The notes under the pieces were generated by a model that saw only the letters and a list, made by a program, of their open reading frames with translations, made no database searches and had not been told where the DNA came from. The translations under genes were made by a program, and so were the position numbers. A stretch of 63,705 nucleotides of DNA, filler included, from Octopus bimaculoides (lineage: Eukaryota): assembly GCF_001194135.2 (NCBI RefSeq). It is 3 parts of 3 records of this genome, joined end to end, with 100 filler letters (N's around TTAATTAATTAA, not from the genome) between each part and the next. Parts side by side here need not be neighbours in the genome. Positions count along the whole stretch, not along the records: positions 1 to 21,831 come from NC_068996.1; positions 21,932 to 53,381 come from NC_069001.1; 1 more part is not named here. One strand, given 5' to 3'. Below are positions 11,561-22,952 of this stretch, piece by piece. The first letter of the stretch is position 1. Every line of letters begins with the position of its first letter.

Positions 11561-11989
11561 TTGTTGTTGTTATTGTTGTTCAATTTTGCTAGGACAGACT
11601 TATGATCCAGCTATGACCATCTCTTCTGGTTTCCTTTTACTTTTATTCTGATGTTGTGTACCTAAGACTTGGTTGCTATTTCAAGCAAGTCAATCGGCTT
11701 CAGAAAGGTGCTATTGTTATCAATGTTGTTATTACTATTATTATTATTATTATTATTATCATTATTATTATTATTTAACCTTAGATCAGTCTCTCCTTAT
11801 TTATTCTATTTATTTTGTAAATGGCTTAGACGGAAATAATGATAATCACTCAACGAACCAACAAGTTGGCCTTTACGTGATCACTCAACCTGATGGTAAA
11901 TGCAACCAACTTAGAACCAGGTAAATGGGAAGGACAAATTAGTTACAGCTGGAATGCCTTTGAACTGTGGTCTTTTCAATCAAAGCTGA

Positions 11990-12200
11990 CTTAGGAACTA
12001 GACAACAACAACAACAAAGCAGCAACAACAACAACAACAACAACAACAAAGCAGCAACAACAACAATAACAATAACAGTAGCAACAACAACAACAGCGAA
12101 AACAACAACAAAGCAGCAACAGCAACAGCAACAACAACAATAACAACAACAACAACAACGATAACAACAACAACAGCAGCAGTAACAACAACAATAACGG
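11990..12200. repeat. (CAA/CAG)n microsatellite
   Basis: Directly visible triplet array. Confidence 0.95.
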
Positions 12201-12420
12201 TTCTAAATTTTGGCACAGGATCAAAAGTTTTAGAGGGGAGTTTCAAGTCGATTGCACATTGAACCCCAGTACACAACTGGTACTTATTTTATCAACCCTG
12301 AAAGGATGAAGGACAAAATTGATCTTGGCAAAATTTGAACTCAGAGTGTAGAGATGGATAAAATACCACTAAGCATTGTATCTGGCTTGCCTACAGTTCC
12401 ACCAGCTCACTGCCTTGATT
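12200..12420 (-). mobile_element. Family C SINE
   Basis: CTGGTACTTATTTTATCAACCCTGAAAGGATGAAGG...AATTTGAACTCAG. Confidence 0.75.
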
Positions 12421-12438
12421 ATAATTATCGCCATTGTC

Positions 12439-12481
<43 letters not shown>

Positions 12482-12485
12482 TAAT

Positions 12486-12857
12486 AACAAGAGCACTCAG
12501 AGAGTGCAAACCTCCACCAAGGCAACACCAATACCCTCTCAACGATTAGCCAGAGATGATTTTTAAAACGAGAACATCTGAAATAAACTCAACTGCACTC
12601 ACAAACGAGATTACTAAAAATTAACCTGGCCACTCTAAAAAATTAAGTAAAGAAACTGGAAAAATAATTTAGAATCCTTGCCTGGTACTAGATCAATCCC
12701 AAAAGCTAATCAGTTCGTGCCAGTCACAAGGCCAAACATCTCCAAAAGTTTTGTTTGAATCCATCCAGCGCTTATTCAGATATCTTGTCCGTGGACAAAC
12801 AAACAAAACAAGCACGACTGAAAACAATACCTCTGCTTTCGCTTAGACCAAGGTAAT
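12486..12857 (+). mobile_element. Helentron-associated (HINE/DINE-1-like) non-autonomous element
   Basis: 5' hairpin GCACTC-AGAG-AGTGC next to ACCTCCACCAAGG; internal (CAAA)n; 3' degenerate stem-loop ending AAGGTAAT; inserted in (AAT)n. Confidence 0.55.
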
Positions 12858-13001
12858 AATAATTAATCAGAAAAGTATTACATAGTTGAAAAGAATGAAT
12901 AGCATGGTAGTGTAGGCTGTAGGTAGTAAGCCCGCTATGCATGCAAACTCCAGGAGCTCCAACAAAATCTGAGATAAAGAGAAAATAATAATAATAATAA
13001 T

Positions 13002-13057
<56 letters not shown>

Positions 13058-13059
<2 letters not shown>

Positions 13060-13245
13060 GCTCAAAAATATTGGTACAAATGTAAAGATAGAACACCTAC
13101 AAAAACCAGCATTGTTAGGATTTGCAAGAATTCTTTGCAGGATTCTTGAAGCATGACCAGTAAAACAAGTGTCACCTTAGTCTGCTGGCTGTGGACAGCT
13201 AACACTTTCCATTATACTCAATAAAATAAGCTGAATTTTCATTAC
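13058..13245 (+). mobile_element. 3' terminus of an R4/Dong-clade element embedded in (TAA)n
   Basis: LKNIGTNVKIEHLQKPALLGFARILCRILEA-stop, short 3' UTR, (TAA)n on both sides. Confidence 0.75.
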
Positions 13246-13349
<104 letters not shown>

Positions 13350-13499
13350 CACTCGGCGAGAAATGGAAGAAAATTTGAAGAACAAAGAAAAAAATTTATA
13401 ATAATAATGTTTTCTGCTAATGACACAAGGCCTGAAATTTTGGTGGAGGGGAATCTTCTTACATACACAATCTTCTTGTGTATGTAAGGTCCTCTAGAT

Positions 13500-14103
13500 C
13501 ATTGCTACTCAAAGTGGTGGTCCACGAACTGGCACCGGTCCATGAGCCATCAGCTGCTAATACGCAGCAAGTTTCCAGAAAAGAAAGAAACATTATAAAA
13601 TGCAAATGTAATATTGTATTATTTGTTTACAAAATAAATATAAGATTTTAAAAAATAATCAACTTTTATTATATTCATTATATATATTAGAAATGTTACA
13701 TTTCTAAATCTCCCAGAAAGACTTAAGCAGTAGTGATGTGATAAAGTAGTTGTATGCTGTCAACTTAATGTGACAGTCCCAAGAAGGGAATCATACTACC
13801 GCTATTTAGCCTTAGGAAGCTGCACCAAGCCTTGGCTGGGTGGAGGTGCTTGTCTCCCCCTTGTAAACATAAGGACACAGGAAATGTGTTAAGGCTGATA
13901 GGAAGCGGTGCAGCTTCCTAGGGCTAAATAGTGGTGGTATGATTCCCTTCTTAGGGATGTCACATTAAGTTGACAGCATACAACTACATTATATATATTG
14001 TTTCAGGTATAAATTAATATTACTAAGAAATATTACTGGTCCTTGGCACATTGGGAAAAAAAAAACTGCCAGTACACCACATCAAATAGTTTGAGAAGTA
14101 CTG
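13500..14103. mobile_element. hAT-type MITE with 8-bp TSD
   Basis: CTCTAGAT at 13492-13499 and 14104-14111; ends CATTGCTACTCAAAGT / TTTGAGAAGTACTG. Confidence 0.85.
13707..13985. mobile_element. Inverted pair of the 354-nt hammerhead family, nested in the hAT MITE
   Basis: Same sequence as 20671-21177; ~13747-13830 is the reverse complement of ~13907-13985; this copy does not include the ribozyme segment. Confidence 0.75.
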
Positions 14104-14329
14104 CTCTAGATAGTCAGCATTTTCCTTGCTTTTCTATTTTCTCAAGCTCTTCCTTTTCATTATACTGGCGCCGTATCTGATGCTGGATATGACACTTGAG
14201 TTTATGGTGCTGAAGAACTTACACCATTAAATTTAGATTTTAATATTCTCCTTATCCTTATGAAATATTTCTTGACTTCATTACTTTATTATTATTTGCT
14301 TTAGAAATTTAAGGAGGATTAGTGGTGAG

Positions 14330-14920
14330 GAAGTGTGACGACATTCTTGGGGAGACTCTGGGCACTGACGAGAACAAACTGGCTAGTCTGTTCCAGAGGA
14401 CTTTCTGGTCAGGAACTATCATGGATAATTTCCAGATGTCATTGGCTTGGCAGTGCTACCAGGGGGTGCCACTGGTTCGAGAGAATCTCTGAAATTACAG
14501 ATGCACAGTCAGACGGACTTGTCTGAGGTGTGTGCAGAGTGATGAAATGTTTTGCATGCCCACATTCAGTGTCCGGAGATTGCTGACTTGTGGTGTTATG
14601 TTGAACAGCTGCTGTCACGTGTGAGATGGATCCATCTGTAGGCCAAGTCTGTAGTGATGACTGCCCCACTGCCCTCCTTCAATCAGGCACACAAAGTAGT
14701 TTTCCTTTGCCTGGTGGCTGTGGTGAAAGAGGTTGTTTGGTGGACAAGGCTGAAAGGCATGAGGACAGATACATTCCTCTTTGGTAGAGCTCTCATTGAC
14801 TTCCTCAAGATTCACTTGAAAAAGAAATTGAGAATGGAGAGGGAAGTGCTGTCTTTGAGTGAGTTTATTGAAAGGTGGGTGAAAGTTACAAAAATGGCCA
14901 CAGTGGAAAATAGTGTTGCT
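14330..14920 (+). mobile_element. Decayed Tx1/L1-type LINE ORF2 C-terminus (zf-RVT-like knuckle)
   Basis: SLAWQCYQGVPLVRENL...TCLRCVQSDE...HIQCPEIADLWCYVEQLL...KEVVWWTRLK with stops and a frameshift. Confidence 0.7.
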
Positions 14921-15241
14921 GATGGAAAAGAGGTATTTTAGACAGTTGTAAGAAAAGAAGACATGTTTAGTGAAAGAAGAGGAAAAGTTCTTGGAACTAG
15001 AAAGCAACAATATGAACTCTGAAGTTTACTCATTAAGTTTTTATGAAGTACTGAAGAGTATCAAGATCAGAAATCGTTTCAAAAGCTAAAGAAGGGAGTG
15101 TTAAAGAAAGGGAGAAAAGAGAGAGGTTGGAGGTTGCTGGTTTAATTTTGGCTGACCAGGATCAAGCATTCTATGTTCTTTCAAGATATATCTCCTAATA
15201 TGATAATGAACATAGTCTTTTTATATATTTGTATATATTAA

Positions 15242-15288
<47 letters not shown>

Positions 15289-15294
15289 CATACA

Positions 15295-15328
<34 letters not shown>

Positions 15329-15689
15329 CATATATCAAGAATCATGCTGGATCTGGAGGAGGAAAGAAAATAGTAATTCAGTGAAGGAGAAGTAGTGAGA
15401 GTAATAGCCCTAACTGAGATGGAGTCAGAGAAAGTAATAGCAATGAGAGAAAGGAAGGGGTGATAGATGAATAAGGAAGGAAGGGGTGAAAAAAAAATCA
15501 GTGTTTCAACTCTGTGTGAGTATATGTGAGTATGTGTGTGCATGTAAAAGGGAAGTATGTGAATGTTTGTATGTGTGATTATTATGTACTTTATTTTGTA
15601 CCTTATTTATATATAAAATACTACAATTAAGCATCATTATTGATGGCACATGGTCAGCTTGTCAGAAAAAACAAAGGAGATATCTTGTT

Positions 15690-15860
15690 TGAATGTAGAA
15701 ATGCATGATGAAAGAAAAGACAGTTGTGAATACAGTTTTCTTTGAATGTAAAGAACTTGCTCAGAGGGTTTATAAGAACTGGAGGCATTGCAAGATTGCT
15801 ACAATCATATTCTGAAAAATTTGCCAAAAATATGGATTTGAACATATGGGAAAACTGGTT
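15690..15860 (+). mobile_element. R4/Dong-clade knuckle fragment
   Basis: ECKELAQRVYKNWRHCKIATIIF*KICQKYGF. Confidence 0.65.
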
Positions 15861-15871
15861 TTTCTTTTATT

Positions 15872-16312
15872 TCTTTTACTTGTTTCAGTCATTTGACTGT
15901 AGCCATGCTGGAGCACTGCCTTTAGTTGAACAAATTGACCCCAGGACCTATTCTTTGTAAGCCTAATACTTATTCTTTTGGTCTCTTTTGCTGAACCACT
16001 AAGTTACAGGATGTAAACACACCAGCATCGGTTGTCAAGCAATGCTAGTGGGAGAACAGACACTGACACACAAATACATATACACACACACACACACACA
16101 CATATATGACAAGCTTCTTTCAGTTTCCATCTACCAAATCCACTCACAAGACTTTGGTCAGCCCGNNNNNNNNNNCTCACAAGACTTTGGTCAGCCCGAG
16201 GCTATAGTAGAAGACTCTTGCCCAAGGTGCCATGCAGTGGGACTGAACCCAGAACCATGTTGGGAATAACGTTGGGAAATAAGCTTCTTACCATACAGCC
16301 ATCCTGTGCTAT
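15872..16312 (-). mobile_element. Family A SINE, with a 23-bp duplication across a 10-N gap
   Basis: Matches the 16808-17192 copy. Confidence 0.9.
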
Positions 16313-16807
16313 AAATTACCATAAAACAAAACAAAACCTTGTGAATGGTCCTGTATGAGATATGAAACTTATAGATATTAATTGCTGGTAATTTGCAATT
16401 ATGATATATATATTAATTGCTGGTAATTTGGAACTATAATATACTATCAAGTATATTAAAAGTTCATAAGTGAATAGTGTGTCCTACTTTGTGTTAGCAG
16501 CACATTGTTTTCTACGGATTTGTATAGAATTTAGAGCCAACATTGAAAGTTACTATGTTTCATATATGAATACGCCTATGTAAACAAAGCAATCAAAAAA
16601 ATCGGTAATGGGCGGATATGCTTACAAAGATGTATTTAAAAACGAAATGTTGAAATTTTTAATGCTGGATCTAAAGTTTGTAAAATCTGTAGAGATACAC
16701 TTAGAAAATTAAAATAAGATTGGTAAAAAGAACATTAATGCCTAGATGTTGTTCTACTAAAGGAAGAAGAAAGTGTGTATCAATTAATCAATGTTGTTTA
16801 CTCTTTT

Positions 16808-17192
16808 ACTCTCTCTTTTACTTGTTTCAGTCATTTGACTGCAGCCATGCTGGAGCACCGCCTTTAGTCGAGCAAATCGACCCCAGGACTTATTCTTTGT
16901 AAGCCTAGTACTTATTCTATCGGTCTCTTTTGCCGAACCGCTAAGGTATGGTGACGTAAACACACCAGCATCGGTTGTCAAGCAATGTTGGGGGGACAAA
17001 CACACATATATATATACATATACATATATACGACGGGCTTCTTTCAGTTTCCATCTACCAAATCCACTCACAAGGCTTTGGTCGGCCCAAGGCTATAGTA
17101 GAAGACACTTGCCCAAGGTGCCACGCAGTGGGACTGAACCCAGAACCATGTGGTTGGTAAGCAAGCTACTTACCACACAGCCACTCCTACAC
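16808..17192 (-). mobile_element. Full-length family A CORE-type SINE
   Basis: tRNA-like head, CORE-like block, (TA)n/(TG)n middle, 3' half ending CAAGTAAAAGAG repeats. Confidence 0.9.
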
Positions 17193-17409
17193 CTATTCAA
17201 TTTTTTTACAAGAAAGGTAGAAAAATTATATGAGACAATGGAAAAATATAAAAATATAAAATAGTAATTTCAAAGAAGCTAGAAAATTTATGATTATCCC
17301 AATTAAAGTGGACTCTTAAGATGTCAACTTTCACTGTGATATGTTCATCCTTGACAGAGAAATAAAAGCCAGCTAGACTCACATCATTATCAAGGACCAG
17401 AAAGATTAT

Positions 17410-17904
17410 CATGGGTGTTATGTTCCCAAACCCCCTGTAACAGGTGAAAATCCATGAAGTGGAAACAGTACTGTACTGTCTATTTTTTTTAATTTTTATA
17501 ATTTATATATCTTTATTTTATTATAAATGCATAACAATACCAGACTTGCCTCCTGAGTTTCGTTTCCCATACAGTATGTGCGATTCTATGGTACACTATG
17601 TAGTTTTTAAAAAAATATTTTAACTAACGTGTTATACAGTGCAGTACAATACTCTATTTTTATTTATTAATTTATTAATTTTTAGGTGTGAACATGCTTA
17701 TTTTACCGCAGAACTAATTAAAATCTAAAAAAAAGTATAAATACCCATCAGCCGCAGAAACCCACAATATACTGACAAGCCTGTGATATAAATTTACATA
17801 TATTAGCCAGAAAAATCTGTGATGTACTGGGTGTGTGATAGGTGAACCGCGATGTACTGAGTGCACGATAGGTGAACCGCAACATGGTAAGGGATTATTG
17901 TATA
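17410..17904. mobile_element. Tigger/pogo-like non-autonomous DNA element
   Basis: End reads TACAATAATCCCTTACCATGTTGCGGTTCACCTATC on the minus strand; tandem 30-bp GATGTACTG...GGTGAACCGC at 17821-17880. Confidence 0.4.
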
Positions 17905-17989
17905 GTTATCAACATTACAATATCTTCTGAAAGAAAGTTACACAGAGAAGCTAACCAAATGCAACGACTGACCAATCTTTGGTCAATGT

Positions 17990-18155
17990 GTTGACTGAAG
18001 ACTAGGAATAATTGGAGCACAAGAACTCACAAACAATGAAATAGTAAATTTCTCTAATGATATTCCTGGAGGACATCAATGTTTATGCAGCCCAGAAGAC
18101 TGTACTTCTTGGAACACAGATCACATACTATGGAGAGTACTGTCAATCAAGTGAC
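17990..18155 (+). mobile_element. R4/Dong-clade C-terminal fragment
   Basis: IIGA...AAQKTVLLGT-HILWRVLSIK-stop across frameshifts. Confidence 0.55.
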
Positions 18156-18311
18156 ATCCTCCCTGAAGTGTGTAGTATCTCACCTCAAGCCATTAGTTTA
18201 GACCTGACCCCATAAAAAGTACAAAAGAAATAATAGTAACAACAACAACAACAACAGCTACATTTAAAATATAGCAAACAAATTAAGAAACAAGTGAAGA
18301 TTTATTCTAAT

Positions 18312-18659
18312 CAGGGGTTCCCAGCCATTTTTTTATCTATGGCCCCTTTGATTACTATTTTATTCTGGTGAACCCCTAACACCATTCAATGCTTAAAAAC
18401 TAGTTTTATAGAAACTTCTTTCAAATTTCTTATCTTGTTTTTCACCCATTAACTTGTTTAGGTTGAACTATGAAAAATGTTAGAGAAAGAAACCTACCTG
18501 TTTCTTGTAATATATACCAATACATATATCTAAAGCAAAATGTTTTCAGGGGTCCTTAAAATATTATTGCGGATCCCAATTCTATATTTTATTGCGTGGA
18601 CCCCCAAAAATCTTATATGGACCCTCAGGGGCCATATGGACTCCAGTTGAGAACCAATG
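18312..18659. mobile_element. hAT-type MITE
   Basis: CAGGGGTTCCCAGCC ... AGTTGAGAACCAATG termini; GGACCCC subterminal motifs. Confidence 0.6.
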
Positions 18660-18894
18660 GGCTAAAATATCCAAAATTAAAATAGACAAACTCATACATA
18701 GACTACACACTGAAAAAAAAAAAAAAAACAGTAGCTACACAAAATAATAAGCTACATGCAAATGAAAATAGCATATAAGAGTCCAACTTTTTCCAAAACC
18801 ACATAGGAGTCCACAAACAAAAGGAACACAACAAAAGTAATCATACATACAATAAGTGGGAATGCAATATATATATATATACATACACACACAC

Positions 18895-19045
18895 ACAACA
18901 GACACCTTTCGGTTTATGTTTAACAAATCCGCTTACAAGGCTTTCGTTGGCCCAAGACTACATATAGTAGAAGACACTCGCCCAAGGTGCCACGCAGTGG
19001 GGCTGAACCTGGAACAATGTGGTTAGGAAGCAAGCTTCATACCAC
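18895..19045 (-). mobile_element. Family A SINE 5' half
   Basis: GCCCAAGGTGCCACGCAGTGGG block. Confidence 0.8.
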
Positions 19046-19358
19046 CAGTCACACCAGTATCTTACTCTGTGAACTAGAAAAAGAGGAATGCAACCTAAAA
19101 TAGGGGAGAAAAAAGCAGCCAAATAACAAAAAAAGACATAAAAGAATAACGGACACCTTAGAACCAAAGATAAAAACTCAAAGCAGAGCACAGCAGAAGG
19201 AACGAAAAACCTTTTGCATAAAACACTATGGAATGTATGAATGCTTCTTCCAAGAAAATATAAAATTCAAGGTAAATATTAAAGAATTCTACAAAAGCAT
19301 CGATGAAAAATGTCATAAGTGGAGAAGACATACCAACAACATCAGAAATTCAGATATT

Positions 19359-19523
19359 TTTTTCTACTCTAGGCACAAGACCCAAAAGTTTTGAGGATGG
19401 GGGGGGGAGTCGATTAGATTGACCCCAGTGTGCAACTGGTACTTAATTTATCGACCCTGAAAAGATGAAAGGCAAAGTTGAACTCAGAACGTAAAGACAG
19501 ACGAAACACTGCTAAACATTTCG
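19359..19523 (-). mobile_element. Family C SINE cut by a gap
   Basis: TTTTCTACTCTAGGCACAAG...GAACTCAGAACGTAAAGACAGACGAAA. Confidence 0.85.
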
Positions 19524-20670
19524 NNNNNNNNNNNNNNNNNNNNNNNNNNNNNNNNNNNNNNNNNNNNNNNNNNNNNNNNNNNNNNNNNNNNNNNNNNNNN
19601 NNNNNNNNNNNNNNNNNNNNNNNNNNNNNNNNNNNNNNNNNNNNNNNNNNNNNNNNNNNNNNNNNNNNNNNNNNNNNNNNNNNNNNNNNNNNNNNNNNNN
19701 NNNNNNNNNNNNNNNNNNNNNNNNNNNNNNNNNNNNNNNNNNNNNNNNNNNNNNNNNNNNNNNNNNNNNATAAAAACTCAAAGCAGAGCACAGCAGAAGG
19801 AACGAAAAACCTTTTGCATAAAACACTATGGAATGTATGAATGCTTCTTCCAAGAAAATATAAAATTCAAGGTAAATATTAAAGAATTCTACAAAAGCAT
19901 CGATGAAAAATGTCATAAGTGGAGAAGACATACCAACAACATCAGAAATTCAGATATTGTGAGAAGGAATACAGAACATAACAGATAAATACAACAAAAA
20001 TGTTTAATAGATAGGAAGAGAAGAAGAAAAACTAGAGGCTAAACAAGAATAACAACATCAATTTTGGTCCCCTTTCATCCCCAAAAGGGTTTATTTTGCT
20101 TATCTTTCTTCAGATATATTCCCAAGTTTTTCTTTCACACTCTCCTTTATTCCTTCTTCTTTAGTAACCATCTACTTGAAGTGAACGCTACTGGTCAGTC
20201 AGGATTTGAACCACCAACATGGGCAGAGCTCCTCCAGAATTCCAGACTCAGCTGGGTATATGGAGATCTTGGTTGCTCAGGTGCTAGAATCCCTTTCTCT
20301 GCATTGCTGACATGGTCCAAATGAATATACAGTTTGACATCAGTTTTGGCTGCAGAAGTTGCCAGAAGAATATTGAGAACACCAGACCACCTTATGGGCT
20401 CTCATCCAGATTTATTACAGGGTTTATACCCTAACCTTTGCTTTGTAAGTCAGTAAGGCTATTTATTTATAAATGGGAATCTATAAATTTGGACAGGTAT
20501 CTACACCAAGAGGTCACTACTCATTGCCTACTCCTTTATTTATTTATTTAACCTTTAATTTGCTGGCATCATATGTTTATCATAAGCTGCCTGTAAATTT
20601 CCAAACATTGTTGTACTTGATTGCTTCTGTATCTATAGAAATATCTTGTTTTTAGAAATGATCTAATTAT

Positions 20671-21177
20671 AAATCTCACAGAGAGACTTAAGCAGCAGTG
20701 TTATGATAAAGCAGTTGTATACTGTCAACTTAATGTGACAGTCCCAATAAGGGAATCATACTGCTGCTATTTAGCCCTAGGAAGCTGGACCGCTTTCTGT
20801 CGGCCTTGACAGTATACAACTGCTTTATCGTAACACTGCTGCTTAAGTCTGTCTGTGAGATTTACAATTAGATTATTTCTAATTTTTGCAATCAGTGGAT
20901 GTGTTTTCACTAGTAATATATATGTATTTGCGAGAGGATGACAGGCATCTTCAGCTAGCTGGTCATGCTACTCTGGGCTGATGACAAGCAATGACTCAGA
21001 AACATGTCCCTGAATACACACTGAGCTGGTTGGAGGTGCTTGTCTCCCCCTCGCAAATATAAGGACACAGGAAATGTGTGAAGGCCGACAGGAAGCAGAC
21101 CAGCTTCCTAGGGCTAAATGGCAGCAGTATGATTCCCTTATTGGGTCTGTCACGTTAAGTTGACAGTATACAGCTGG
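20671..21177. mobile_element. Retrozyme/Penelope-like repeat: inverted 135-bp piece plus one full circularly permuted 354-nt monomer
   Basis: TTGACAGTATACA recurs at 20806 and 21160; 20671-20805 (minus) reads straight through that junction. Confidence 0.7.
20972..21013 (+). ncRNA. Degenerate minimal type I hammerhead ribozyme
   Basis: tctggg-CTGATGA(20978-20984)-caagcaatgactca-GAAA(20999-21002)-CATGTC-cctga; palindromic helix III ACATGT; stem II poorly paired. Confidence 0.5.
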
Positions 21178-21787
21178 TTTATCTTGTTTTTATTGTATTC
21201 TCTAACTAATATGTAGAATCTTCCATTATTTATGCTGTTTGGTATATTGTTAAGTTAACAATAATAACTTTACACTGATTCTCTATGTGCACGTCTGCTC
21301 TGCCACCCTAGTTGGGAGTTAAACACATCCTGTTTACATTAGAATCACTGCAGTGTAGTCAAAATCGTGTCATTATTTCCCTTGTTTATACATATTATTT
21401 CACCTAATTTCCAAATTATTACATGAAAACTGTTGCTAATTATTGTGATAGTTAATGTTTATGCTAATTATTCTGATTTTTTTTTTTTTTTGCAATTAGT
21501 TCTGCTTCTGATCCTAATAATATAATATTCATCTGGTTCATCTTTATTATTTTATTTAATTGCTGTTAATACAATTTTTTGTGTGTTTCTTTCTGGTTGT
21601 GTGGTAAGAAGCTTGCTTCCCAACCACATGGTTCTGGGTTCATTCTCACTGCATGACACATTGGCCAAGAGTCTTCTGCTATAACTTCAGAAAAGCCTTG
21701 GGAATGGATATGGTAGACAGAAACTATATAGACATATACATACTATATATGCATATATATACACATTCATATACATATGTATATGTA

Positions 21788-21831
<44 letters not shown>

Positions 21832-21931
21832 NNNNNNNNNNNNNNNNNNNNNNNNNNNNNNNNNNNNNNNNNNNNTTAATTAATTAANNNNNNNNNNNNN
21901 NNNNNNNNNNNNNNNNNNNNNNNNNNNNNNN
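21832..21931. other. Artificial 100-bp scaffold-join spacer
   Basis: 44 N + TTAATTAATTAA (stops in all six frames) + 44 N. Confidence 0.9.
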
Positions 21932-21945
21932 ATGTGTGATTATAG

Positions 21946-22031
21946 ATAGAAGTGGTGAACTATGTACAAGGGGTGGGGAGCTTAATCAGGAGCAATGAGT
22001 ACATGCAGTTGCTACTGCTGTTTAGAAAATG
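21946..22031 (+). CDS. Weak candidate exon (IEVVNYVQGVGSLIRSNEYMQLLLLFRK)
   Basis: Open frame ending at consensus donor TG|GTAAGT; the acceptor tract is mostly hidden by the gap. Confidence 0.3.
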
Positions 22032-22199
22032 GTAAGTCTTGCAGCAGAACATTTCTATATCTGTGAATGGAATTGAATTTTAAGAATATCCTTCCTAGCT
22101 GTACATCCTAGGTTTTTAACATATTCCTTCATAATCGGACAGCTAAAATGTTTGGCTTATTATTATTATTATTATTGGCAAAATTGTTTGCTTGTTGGT

Positions 22200-22685
22200 C
22201 AAAATGTTTAGCTGCAGTTTGTCCGTCTTGGCGTTCTGAGTTCAAATTCCACCAAGGTTGACTTTGCCTTCCATCCTTTCAGAGTTGATAAATTAAGTAC
22301 CAGTGAAGAACTGGGGTCAATTGTAATTGACTGATCCCCACCCACCCAAATTGCAGGCCTTGAGCCTTTAGTAGAAAGGATTATTATTATTATCATTATT
22401 ATTATTATTATTATTGATACATTAAGTACCAGTGAAACACTGGGGTTGCTGTAATCGACTGCTCCCTTCCCCGCCAAAATTTCAGGATCATTATTATTAT
22501 TATTGTTGTTGTTGTTGTTTTTTTGTAATTTCAGTACAAAGTCAGCAGTTTTGAGAGAATGGGATGAGTGGAAATTGTGGATACCTTTGATCCTAGTATA
22601 TAACTGGTACGTTATCTTATCGACCAGACCCCCCCCCCATCCCCCAGGCATGAAAAGCAGAATTTCAAACTCAGAAAATAAAGAT
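22200..22685. mobile_element. Cluster of family C SINE copies in both orientations
   Basis: + copy 22205-22380, partial duplicate ~22425-22490, minus copy ~22520-22685, separated by (ATT)n. Confidence 0.75.
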
Positions 22686-22711
22686 TCAGAAGAAATAACT
22701 GCAAGGCACTT

Positions 22712-22952
22712 GCTAACCAACCACATGGTTCCGGGTTCAGTCCCACTGCGTGGCACCTTGGGCAAGTGTCTTCTACTATATAGCCTTGGGCCAACCAAAG
22801 CCTTGTGAGTGGATTTGGTAAATGGAAACTGAAAGAAGCCCGTCGCATATGTATATATATATGTGTGTGTGTGTATATGTTTGTGTGTCTGTGTCTTGAC
22901 AACCGATGGTGGTGTGTTTATGTCCCCGTAACGTAGCGGTTTGGCGATAGAA
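22712..22952 (+). mobile_element. Family A SINE cut by a gap
   Basis: CCACATGGTTCCGGGTTCAGTCCCACTGCGTGGCACCTTGGGCAAG. Confidence 0.85.

Noticed and set aside
16143-16198. Short direct repeats flanking 10-N gaps (also ~27890-27960 and 43193-43290)
   Set aside because: Typical unmerged contig-end overlaps, not biological duplications.
20064-20420. Unique-looking sequence with open frames on both strands (e.g. minus DVKLYIHLDHVSNAEKGILAPEQPRSP...)
   Set aside because: No convincing splice-site pair or recognisable domain.
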